A DNA stretch of 64,000 nucleotides from an uncultured Fibrobacter sp. GTDB taxonomy: Bacteria > Fibrobacterota > Fibrobacteria > Fibrobacterales > Fibrobacteraceae. Below, piece by piece: positions 40,229 to 48,643 of the stretch. The position numbers and the translations under genes were made by a program. The notes under the pieces were generated by a model. It had not been told where the DNA came from. It made no database searches and worked only from the letters and a program-made list of their open reading frames with translations. The stretch is taken from NCBI GenBank assembly GCA_946414025.1, contig CAMKMX010000005.1, positions 15,032 to 79,031 of the forward strand, given 5' to 3'. Numbering within the stretch: position 1 is the stretch's first letter; every line of letters begins with the position of its first letter.

Positions 40229-40448
40229 TAACAAATCTCTCCCTCGATGTGAGCCTTCCCTCGTTCACAGGGACTCATTTCATTCGACTGCTCTCTCGGG
40301 AAGCACACATCTCGGTCGAAAAATACAAGAACGGCTCTGGTTCACAAGTGCTTTGCGGTCAAGACCTTTTGGGGCTAAACCGTTTCTGCAGGCGGAAACT
40401 CTTGTGACTGTTAGTCCCTGCGAGTTTCCTCCAAGAAGTCTCCCCTGC
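40229..40448 (+). repeat. Left copy of a ~220-bp structured inverted repeat
   Basis: Reverse-complement homology to 42815-43035 (e.g. gggaagcacacatctcggtc and ggaaactcttgtgactgttagtccctgcgagtttcc). Confidence 0.85.
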
Positions 40449-40592
40449 TGTCATGCCGGGCTTCCCCTCTTGTCATACCCCGCTTGACGGGGCATCTCCC
40501 TTTCATCCCTTCGTAAAAAGATTCTTTACAAGGCTCTTTTCGGCCTACATCTCCGTCTTATACAGAGGACACCCTAAAAACGGAGGTATGAT

Positions 40593-40633
40593 TAAATTTA
40601 TTTATTGACAAATAAATAAATTTATTGTATTTT
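40593..40633 (+). promoter_or_regulatory. hicAB promoter with palindromic operator
   Basis: Perfect 14-bp inverted repeat taaatttatttatt-gaca-aataaataaattta over TTGACA (40605-40610); TATTTT 17 nt downstream. Confidence 0.7.
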
Positions 40634-40638
40634 AATCT

Positions 40639-40815
40639 ATGAAGTTTAAAGAAATATGCAACTACGCCAAAGAAAGAGGCTGGATACTCGGACGGATAAA
40701 CGGAGACCACCACATCTTCGTAAAACAAGGCAAGCGCCCAGTTCCGATACAAAGGAATAAACACGAGATAGAAGGCGTCTATCTCAAGCGAATCTTGAAA
40801 CAATTTGATCAATAG
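40639..40815 (+). CDS. hicA: HicA-family mRNA interferase toxin (58 aa, not in the ORF track)
   Basis: MKFKEICNYAKERGWILGRINGDHHIFVKQGKRPVPIQRNKHEIEGVYLKRILKQFDQ; G-x-H motif; directly upstream of hicB. Confidence 0.85.
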   Translation: MKFKEICNYAKERGWILGRINGDHHIFVKQGKRPVPIQRNKHEIEGVYLKRILKQFDQ

Positions 40816-40824
40816 AGGCAAACC

Positions 40825-41244
40825 ATGAATTACGCTGCAAGAATTGAGAAAGACAAAGACATGGGTTTCGTGGTTTCGTTCCCCGACTTGCCCAATGTAA
40901 ACGCCTTCGGTGACACACAAGAAGAAGCGCTCAGGCAAGCGAAAGACGCCCTTGACGGCGCCATGGAATGCGACTTGGATCTCGGCAACACCATGATTTT
41001 ACCCAAGACCATGCCCGATTCCGACAAGGGACTTTTTGCGGTCGAACTTTCCCCGCGAATCGAGATTGCATACAAACTTTTCGAGGCCCGCAGAGGTCAA
41101 AAGAAAAGCGATGTGGCAAGGCGGGCAAACATAACCCCGCAGGCCTATCAGCGTTTCGAAACACCCAAGGGATCACCGTCTGTAGAAACCCTCTACAAGC
41201 TAGCCCATGCCCTCGGCAAGCAACTCGTGGTCGAATTCGTGTAG
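40825..41244 (+). CDS. hicB: HicB-family antitoxin with C-terminal Xre HTH
   Basis: VSFPDLP...GDTQEEAL..A.DAL; C-terminal HTH (VARRANITPQAYQRFE..PSVETL). Confidence 0.9.
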   Translation: MNYAARIEKDKDMGFVVSFPDLPNVNAFGDTQEEALRQAKDALDGAMECDLDLGNTMILPKTMPDSDKGLFAVELSPRIEIAYKLFEARRGQKKSDVARRANITPQAYQRFETPKGSPSVETLYKLAHALGKQLVVEFV

Positions 41245-41305
41245 CCTGCTACCGGTGTTCGTTGGAGACTTTCGTGAGGCCGCGGAAAAAGGCAAAGCCG
41301 TCAAG
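41237..41305. repeat. Direct repeat of the hicB-end/folC-3'-end junction
   Basis: Aligns with 43162-43231, with a few substitutions. Confidence 0.85.
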
Positions 41306-41420
41306 ATGACACATCTTGTAACCAGCGACCCTAAGACCTAGCCTAAAAGTGCTTCCGCCCTTCAAAACTATCCCTCGGCCCTAGATCCTAGATCCTAACC
41401 CCTAGCCTTCGGCTTGCGCC

Positions 41421-42659
41421 CTAGTCCTTGAGACAACGAACAGAAAACCCGTAGCCCTTATCGCCGTCGTACAGGCGCGCGTAGCCGTCGTCGTAGTACA
41501 AACGCATGTCGTACGCGCTGACGCTATCGCCCTCGGCAGAACTCCAGAAGTACGCGCTGATACCCCTGTCGTAGTAACGCCCATTGTAGTACCTGTCGCC
41601 GGCAGGAAGCGCCGAAAACCCGAAGGCATTCGTTCCGTTCCAGCCTGTCACGGACTTGAGCTTGGTACCCGCCGTATTTGAAGACGTATATTCCGTAATG
41701 GAACCGTCAACGGCCACAATCAGGGCCTCCCATTCTGCCTTACTTGGCAAATGCCAGCCCTTGGGGCATGCACCACGAATATCTCCCGAGCCTAGGCCAC
41801 ACGTATGCTCGTAGCCGCACTCGTCCTCATCCCTGCCCACTGCAGCAGCCCAGGTATAAAGGCGCCCGTACTTGGCGCAGTTGTCCGATTCATCGTTGTA
41901 GCACCAGCTGTTATCCGTCACAAAGTTCAGGTTCTCGGCCATCCACACCTGGTCGCCGATTTTCACGGTTTTGTAGGTCTGTCCGTCGCGCAGGTCCGTC
42001 AGGGTGTTGGCCATGGCGTCGTAAACGCTGGAGTCGCTAGTGGAAGCGGTACAGCCTGCCCCCAGCGTTCCACCAAGCATACTCACACAAAACTCTGTCA
42101 ATTGCGCAGCCTCGTCGCTTCCGACAGGGTATTCCATGCATTCACCCATGACGCCAGGGATGTCGCAAGAAACCATTTCTCCAGAGACGCTTGCGGATGA
42201 ACCCTCCACGCCTTCGGAGCCGCTGGATTCCGGCTCTTCGGAAGCGCTGGACTTGCCTTCGTCAGTTTCGTCAGAGCTTGACGAGCTGTCGTAGTCTCCA
42301 TTCGATTCCAAGGATGAGCTTGATACATCCGGCTTCCTGGCGGAACTGGATGATTCCTTGTCGTCATCATCTGAGGACTTCTTTTTCTTCCTGACCCATT
42401 CGCCGGTTTCCTCGTCCTCATCGTATCTGCAGGTGTAGGCAATGTCTTCATCCTCTACGTAATAGACCTTGCCGTCCTTCTTCTCGCTACACTTAGGCAG
42501 GTCATCGAAAAACTCAACCTCGCCGTCGTAGTCGTCGAACGATTCCGAAGAAGAATTCGAGCTTATTTCCAAAGGCTCGCTATTGGTTCCCGAACCGCTA
42601 CTACAGGCAGCAAGTAGTGCCATGGCGGCAAGGGAAAGCCCCAAAAAAAGATTTTTCAT
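41421..42659 (-). CDS. FISUMP domain lipoprotein
   Basis: Lipobox LAAC; DLRDGQTYKTVKIGDQVWMAENL, YGRLYTW, CPKGWHLPS, SVRCLKD. Confidence 0.9.
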   Translation of the reverse strand: MKNLFLGLSLAAMALLAACSSGSGTNSEPLEISSNSSSESFDDYDGEVEFFDDLPKCSEKKDGKVYYVEDEDIAYTCRYDEDEETGEWVRKKKKSSDDDDKESSSSARKPDVSSSSLESNGDYDSSSSSDETDEGKSSASEEPESSGSEGVEGSSASVSGEMVSCDIPGVMGECMEYPVGSDEAAQLTEFCVSMLGGTLGAGCTASTSDSSVYDAMANTLTDLRDGQTYKTVKIGDQVWMAENLNFVTDNSWCYNDESDNCAKYGRLYTWAAAVGRDEDECGYEHTCGLGSGDIRGACPKGWHLPSKAEWEALIVAVDGSITEYTSSNTAGTKLKSVTGWNGTNAFGFSALPAGDRYYNGRYYDRGISAYFWSSAEGDSVSAYDMRLYYDDGYARLYDGDKGYGFSVRCLKD

Positions 42660-42814
42660 AGCCAGCTCCTTTTGAGAAGGTTGTTTATATGCAATCTATA
42701 TAAAATTCTCGGGAATATCAAATGAAGAAAGTGTGAAATGGGGGGAAAGAGGGGAGATCCCCGTGATTCTATCGCTGCGCTCCAGAATGACAGCGGGGAT
42801 GACGAGAAAGGATG

Positions 42815-43035
42815 CGGGGAAGACATCTCGGGGGAAACTCGCAGGGACTAACAGTCACAAGAGTTTCCGTCTGTTGTAACTGCCCGGACCTATAGTAAAT
42901 ATCCTTACCCGAAAAAGCACTTGTATGCCAGAGCCAACGCTTGTTTTTGACCGAGATGTGTGCTTCCCGAGAGAGCAGTCGAACGAAGTGAATCTGCGAG
43001 CGAGGGAAGATACACATCGAGGGAAAGATTTGTTA
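42815..43035 (-). repeat. Right (inverted) copy of the ~220-bp structured repeat
   Basis: See 40229-40448. Confidence 0.85.
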
Positions 43036-43073
43036 TAGGAGATCCCCGACCGAGATGATAGCGGATCCTCGCC

Positions 43074-43151
43074 TTCGCGAGGATGACAAGAGGGATCGCG
43101 AGGATGACAAGAGGGATCGCGAGGATGACAAGGAAGGTCGCGAGGATGACA
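43074..43151 (+). repeat. About 21-bp tandem repeat (tcgcgaggatgacaagaggga) x4
   Basis: Four consecutive tcgcgaggatgaca units. Confidence 0.85.
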
Positions 43152-43174
43152 TAAGGTAGAGTTCGTGTAGCCCG

Positions 43175-44494
43175 CTACCGATGTTCGTTGGAGGCTTTCG
43201 TGAGGCCGCGGAAAAAGGCGAGACCGTCAAAGTCATTTTTCAGGAGGTCGATGACCTCCCCTATCATATACAAAGAGCCCGTCACCAGCGCGGGCCTTTT
43301 TACTTTATCCATAACACAGTCCAAGACATCGCGGGAAAGAGGACCCATAGAGGCGACTACCGCCCCCATCTTCTGCAAGATGCCAGCGATTTCCGACGGT
43401 TCGCGGAAACGTTCGTAAGGAGTCCGGACTAAGTGCCACTCCGAAACGTAGGGAGCAAGGAACCTTAGCATTTCTTCTACATCCTTGTCCTTGAGGGCTC
43501 CAAAGACGCAGGGGAACTTTTGGCCCGGATAGTAGCGGTCCAGAGTTTCGGCCAGGCGTCTTGCCGCATGGGAATTGTGGGTGCCGTCCAGAATAAAGCG
43601 AAGCGTTCCTTTGGCGTCAAAAAGCTGCTGCATGCGCCCTGGCCAGGAGCGGGTCTTCAAAGTCTCCAGGGCAAGGCCGTCGCTGTAGGGCCTTGCATTC
43701 GGAAAGTCCTCACCCGCCTGCCGCAAGAACAGTTCCGCCGCCGCTAGGGAGAGGCTTGCGTTTTCCACATAATGCCGTCCCAAGTTTGGCAGTTCAATGT
43801 CTTCGCGGATTTCGGGAACCAGAATTTTCGCCTCGACCGCGGCGGCGAAGTCTTTTGCCTCCTGCAGCAGTTCCAGAGAAAGGCCGCCCACGATGAAGGT
43901 CTTGGCCTGCGCAGTCCCATCAGGCCCTTGTGCCGTCCCTTGCGGCATCACCCCCATTTTCTCCCGCAGAATGGCGCTTTCGGTTGCACCCAGAACTTCG
44001 GTATGTTCCAACCCGATACTGGTGACAACGGCAATGTTCCCGCGGGCGACGGCGGTAGAATCAAGACGGCCGCCCATGCCTGCTTCCAACACGGCCACCT
44101 GCACGCCCTGCTCCCTGTAGTAGAGGAAGGCGGCCACAGTGACCACCTCGAAGAACGTAGGTTCTACGCGGGCGATTTCGGCGGCAGCCTTCACCTGCAA
44201 AAAGAGGCGGTCCAGATCGGCATCAGATACGGGCACATCGTTCACCCGAATCCGCTCCCGCAGGCTTATGAGATGCGGGCTGGTATAGAGCCCGGTCCTG
44301 ATTCCGTGGGCCTGCAGCACTCCCGAAAGGTAATAACTGCAGGAGCCCTTGCCGTTGGTTCCTACCACATGGATAGTGCGGAAAGATTTTTGCGGATTCC
44401 CCAAGGCCTCACAAATCTTGAAGGTAGATTCCAGCCCGGGAACCATCCCGAACATCAGCCTCGACTCCAGATATTGCATACCTGCGGAATTCAT
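43175..44494 (-). CDS. folC: Folylpolyglutamate synthase/dihydrofolate synthase
   Basis: VGTNGKGS, YTSPHL, EAGMGGRLDST, WPGRMQ, LDGTHN, TGSLY. Confidence 0.93.
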   Translation of the reverse strand: MNSAGMQYLESRLMFGMVPGLESTFKICEALGNPQKSFRTIHVVGTNGKGSCSYYLSGVLQAHGIRTGLYTSPHLISLRERIRVNDVPVSDADLDRLFLQVKAAAEIARVEPTFFEVVTVAAFLYYREQGVQVAVLEAGMGGRLDSTAVARGNIAVVTSIGLEHTEVLGATESAILREKMGVMPQGTAQGPDGTAQAKTFIVGGLSLELLQEAKDFAAAVEAKILVPEIREDIELPNLGRHYVENASLSLAAAELFLRQAGEDFPNARPYSDGLALETLKTRSWPGRMQQLFDAKGTLRFILDGTHNSHAARRLAETLDRYYPGQKFPCVFGALKDKDVEEMLRFLAPYVSEWHLVRTPYERFREPSEIAGILQKMGAVVASMGPLSRDVLDCVMDKVKRPALVTGSLYMIGEVIDLLKNDFDGLAFFRGLTKASNEHR

Positions 44495-44753
44495 GGGCAC
44501 AAATGTAGTTTTTTTATTGCAAGGGGGCGTTGCGGGGGTGTCCCCCGCAGAAGGGGTGGCGAGCAATGTAATGCGAGCCAGGGGAAGGCTTTCCCCTACC
44601 AACCACTCAAGAATAGAGCACCGTTTGAACCTCGAGCCTGGATTCCTCCCCTGAAACAAGTTCAGGGTCGGAATGACGTGTTTTTATTATATTCGGATTG
44701 TACCTATGTTTTTTATTTCCATATTCCAAAAGGCGGCGCGGCACTTCCCTGTA

Positions 44754-45479
44754 ATGCGGTTTGCCCTTGCGCTTACCGCTATTGCATTTTCCTTTTCCCT
44801 TGCCGCCGTAGACAAGGAGCCGCCTCCGCAGCACTACAACTACCGGGGCGCTGGCCAGCAGATGAAGCGGATTTACTACGGCGACCTGCAAGAGACCCTC
44901 TATTGCGGTTGCAAGTACAACGACAAGAAGAAGGTGGACTACAGCACCTGCAACTTCAGGCCCAGGGAAAATCCCCGGCGCAAGAGTTTCAAGCGTGCCG
45001 AGACCGTGGAATGGGAGCATATCGTGACCGCCCACAACATGGGGCACTTTATGCCCTGCTGGAGGGACGGCGGCCGCAAGAACTGCAGCGCAAACGATAC
45101 TTTGTTCAAAATCCTGGAAGGGGACCTGCACAACCTCTACCCCGCCATCGGCGAAATCAACGGGGACCGGAGCAACTTCATGTATTCCCAGTGGACCAAC
45201 AATCCGGAACCCATGTACGGGGAGTGCGAGACCATCGTGGATTTCAAGCTGAAAAAGGCCCAGCCCCGAAAAGAGGTCCGCGGGCTTATCGCTCGGGTGC
45301 ATTTCTACATGGAAAAGACTTACGGCATCAAGCTCTCTGGCCAGGACCGCAAGCTGTTCGAGGCCTGGGACAAGATGTACCCCGTCACCGAAAGGGAATG
45401 CGAGCGGGACCGCCGTATTTTCAAGGTCCAGGGGGACCACAACCCCTTCGTGTACGAAAAGTGCGAAGACAAGCCCTAG
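44754..45479 (+). CDS. endA: Exported endonuclease I (EndA/Vvn family)
   Basis: Signal peptide; YCGC, EWEHIV, DLHNLYPAIGEINGDRSN, QGDHNPFV; start uncertain (44706 or 44754). Confidence 0.88.
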   Translation: MRFALALTAIAFSFSLAAVDKEPPPQHYNYRGAGQQMKRIYYGDLQETLYCGCKYNDKKKVDYSTCNFRPRENPRRKSFKRAETVEWEHIVTAHNMGHFMPCWRDGGRKNCSANDTLFKILEGDLHNLYPAIGEINGDRSNFMYSQWTNNPEPMYGECETIVDFKLKKAQPRKEVRGLIARVHFYMEKTYGIKLSGQDRKLFEAWDKMYPVTERECERDRRIFKVQGDHNPFVYEKCEDKP

Positions 45480-45556
45480 AACAGGGGCATTTCAAGGCAA
45501 GCGTTTCCAAAAAACGCCCTTAAAAACTTAATTTTAGGGCGTATAACGAGGTTTTC

Positions 45557-48500
45557 ATGTTTCGTGTTTTTTCGTTTTGTCTTGTCCTGATTTTAAGCGT
45601 GACCACCACGGCATTTTCCCAGGTGACGTTCCCTCTGGGTTCCAACGTCGTCGACGTGACCAAGGCCCCCTATAGCGCCAAGGCCGACGGAAAGACCGAC
45701 GACACCGAGGCTATCCAGAAAGCGCTAAACGACCACCCCGATGGCGACTACATTATATACCTGCCCCATGGCATCTACAAGGTGACCAACACCCTGACCT
45801 GGCCCGCCAGCGAAAAGCCGGAACAGGCCTACAGCCGCACTATTTTGCAGGGGCAAAGCATTGGCGGCACCATTATCGCCCTGGCCGACGAATGCCAGGG
45901 GTTCACCAATCCCGATTTTCCGGCTCCGGTGCTGTTTACCGGCGAGGGTCCGGGACTCAAACCCAGGAACTCCATCCGCGACATTACCATCCGCACGGGT
46001 AAAAAGAACGCCGGTGCCGTAGGAATCCGCTTTAACGCCGCCCAGCAGGGCACCATCAAGAACGTGAAGGTGTATTCCGGCGACAGCCTGGGCATTTACG
46101 GCATTGACCTGGGGCACACCGAAAATATCGGTCCCCTCCTTCTCGAAAACGTAGAAATCCAGGGCTTTGAAACCGGCGTCTATGTTGCTGGCAAGACCAA
46201 CAGCGTCACCCTGGAACACGTGACCCTGGGCGGCCAAAAGAAGTACGGCCTGGAAAACGACGGTCAGGTAGTGTCCAGCCGCGGGCTCCGCTTCAAGGGA
46301 GACGTGCCGGCAGTGTTCAACCACGGCGACGGAGCTTCCATGGTCCTGGTGGATGCCACCCTGGAATACAACCGTGTCAACAAGTCCAAGCCTGCGGCAG
46401 CCATCGAGAACGAAGGCATGCTGTTTGCCCGTTCTGTAAATACCAGCCGTTTCGAGGAAAAAATCAAGAGCACCCCCAAGGCCGTTACCGAAACCTACGT
46501 CGGAAACGAAATCGTGGAATTCGTGACCCAGGCTTCTCACCAGCTTTGCCACAGCCCCAAGCAGTCCATGAGGCTTCCGGTGGCGGAGACCCCGAACCTG
46601 AACGACCAGAAATCCGACTCCTGGATTACCATCGCCGGAGACTACGGCGGAAAGATGAACACCGGTTCCGACGATGCCAAGGCCATACAAGACGCTATCG
46701 ACGACGGTGCCGAAACGATTTATTTCCCGCCGGGAGGTCGCTGGACCATCAACCGCGACATTTACCTGCGTAACCGTATCCGCCGGATTCTCGGTACCGA
46801 AGGCCGCATCGACGGTAAGGGCAAGTTCATCATCGAGGACGGAGCCTTCAACGAGATTACCATCGAGCGTTTCTCCGAATTTGGAAACGGAATCATCCAC
46901 AAGAGCAAGCGCGCCGTGCTCCTCAAGAACATGATGTTCAAGTCTTTCGAGACCAACGAGCTAGGCGTAGGCGACATCTACATGGAAGACGTTGCGGTAG
47001 GTTCTATCCAGATCAACCAGCAACACCTCTGGGGCCGCCAGGTTTCCCTGTTCTCCGACACCAAGGGCGCAAAAATCCAGAACAACGGTGGCGACATCTG
47101 GATTCTGGGACTTACCTCCAAGGACGGTAACACCATCTTGCAAAACTTCAACGAAGGTTCCGCCGAACTCCTGGGCGTGCTGGTCATCGCAAGCGACAAG
47201 GCCAAGACCACCCCCATGTTCATCAACGACAACGGAAGCCTTTCCATCGAAGGCCTCAAGGAAGTCCTCACCCGCGGAAACCCCTACAAGAAGATTGTGG
47301 AAGAATCCCGCATGGGTTCTGCCATCTATGCCCTTACGGACGCCGATCTTGAAAAGAACAGCACCGGCGGCGTGAACATGGCCCTTTACACCGGTTACGC
47401 CCCTAAGCAGGGCCAGAACGAAGCCCCGAAGGTCTCCTTCGCCGACGAGATGATCGTGGTACAGCCCGGCAAGATCCATCTGGTAGGTACCGTCGAAGAC
47501 GACGGTCGCGGTAACGGTCTCTGTAGGGACCCGGTCCTTTGGAAAAAGGGTGTAGGCCCTGGCAAGGTCATCTTCTCCGATACCGCCGAATACGAGACCG
47601 ACGTTTCCTTTACCGGTAGCGGACGCTACAACCTGATTTTCAAGGCCGACGACGGTACCAAGACCGGCGCCGACACCGGCAAGGTCTATGTCTTCGACAA
47701 GAAGTACACCACCTTCGACAACACGGGTGACGGGGCCCCCAGCGGCAAGGGCGTAGACACCTGGATTTCGTCCTTCGACAACTTTACACCCCACAATACG
47801 GACGCCGCCCTCAGGGTGGCAAACGACACCAACGATGCCGGCAAGATTTACCTGAAGTTTGACCTGTCCGCCCTGCCGGGGCCCCTCTTTGACGCAGGCC
47901 TCAAGCTGGAATACAATGCGGATTCTCTCAAGAAGCCTGTTCAATTCAACATATTCGGCCTGAAGGAAACCTCCCGTGACATGAACTTCGGAGAAGGCAA
48001 GCTTGGTGTGGACTGGCGTGGCGACGAACTGACCTGGGAAAACGCACCTGCGAACCTTCCCCAGCCCGGTGGACACTTCAACATCCGCAAGAACTCCGGC
48101 GGCGGAGTCGATACCAAACACGCCGACTTCTTGGGACTTATCACACTGAACCCCAAGGCCCCGTTGGGAGCGTTCCTGCGCACTCCTACCCTGACGGAGT
48201 TCTTCAAGCGCAAGCACCCCTCCAACATGTACACCCTGATTCTTACCGCCGTTGACCCCGGGGAAACAATCATCCATTCCCACAACCAAAGTAAGGCTCT
48301 CGCTCCGGCACTTTATGTGGGCTACTTCGACAACACCCGCTCCGTGAGCGGCGACGTGATGGAAGGTGGCTACACGCTGACCAAGGTACACATCGATATC
48401 TACTCCCTGGAATGCGATTTCGATTTGACAGTAGGTTATCCGCAATTTGTACAGATTGAAATCGTCAACGAGTTCGGACGGCGCATGCTCATGGTTGCCG

Positions 48501-48631
48501 CCCGAGAACTTGCCGGCGAAAAAACGACACACTTCAAGTTCAAGGCTCACGAGTTCCCCACGGGCAAGTACACCTTGAAGGTGAATGGCGAAGCCTTTAG
48601 CGCAGAACAGAAGTTCTACATCTTGAACTAG
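45557..48631 (+). CDS. Secreted beta-helix carbohydrate-active protein (two pectate-lyase-3/GH55-like modules, Ig/PKD-like and DNRLRE-like domains, probable T9SS-type C-terminus)
   Basis: AKADGKTDDTEAIQKAL..YLPHGIY and DDAKAIQDAID..IYFPPG; YLKFDLS...LTWENAP; C-terminal EIVNEFGR...GKYTLKV. Confidence 0.65.
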   Translation: MFRVFSFCLVLILSVTTTAFSQVTFPLGSNVVDVTKAPYSAKADGKTDDTEAIQKALNDHPDGDYIIYLPHGIYKVTNTLTWPASEKPEQAYSRTILQGQSIGGTIIALADECQGFTNPDFPAPVLFTGEGPGLKPRNSIRDITIRTGKKNAGAVGIRFNAAQQGTIKNVKVYSGDSLGIYGIDLGHTENIGPLLLENVEIQGFETGVYVAGKTNSVTLEHVTLGGQKKYGLENDGQVVSSRGLRFKGDVPAVFNHGDGASMVLVDATLEYNRVNKSKPAAAIENEGMLFARSVNTSRFEEKIKSTPKAVTETYVGNEIVEFVTQASHQLCHSPKQSMRLPVAETPNLNDQKSDSWITIAGDYGGKMNTGSDDAKAIQDAIDDGAETIYFPPGGRWTINRDIYLRNRIRRILGTEGRIDGKGKFIIEDGAFNEITIERFSEFGNGIIHKSKRAVLLKNMMFKSFETNELGVGDIYMEDVAVGSIQINQQHLWGRQVSLFSDTKGAKIQNNGGDIWILGLTSKDGNTILQNFNEGSAELLGVLVIASDKAKTTPMFINDNGSLSIEGLKEVLTRGNPYKKIVEESRMGSAIYALTDADLEKNSTGGVNMALYTGYAPKQGQNEAPKVSFADEMIVVQPGKIHLVGTVEDDGRGNGLCRDPVLWKKGVGPGKVIFSDTAEYETDVSFTGSGRYNLIFKADDGTKTGADTGKVYVFDKKYTTFDNTGDGAPSGKGVDTWISSFDNFTPHNTDAALRVANDTNDAGKIYLKFDLSALPGPLFDAGLKLEYNADSLKKPVQFNIFGLKETSRDMNFGEGKLGVDWRGDELTWENAPANLPQPGGHFNIRKNSGGGVDTKHADFLGLITLNPKAPLGAFLRTPTLTEFFKRKHPSNMYTLILTAVDPGETIIHSHNQSKALAPALYVGYFDNTRSVSGDVMEGGYTLTKVHIDIYSLECDFDLTVGYPQFVQIEIVNEFGRRMLMVAARELAGEKTTHFKFKAHEFPTGKYTLKVNGEAFSAEQKFYILN

Positions 48632-48643
48632 GACGGCTCTACG

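Noticed and set aside
39963-40487. Short ORFs of 101 and 129 aa (also 42769-43236, 58644-58907, 59617-59805)
   Set aside because: They consist of palindromic repeat or tRNA sequence with no RBS or protein-like features.
43772-45523. 583-aa plus-strand ORF and other long antisense or shifted ORFs (e.g. 1824-3236, 22334-23782, 46961-48550, 51893-52957)
   Set aside because: Shadow frames of well-supported genes in GC3-biased DNA, with no recognisable motifs.
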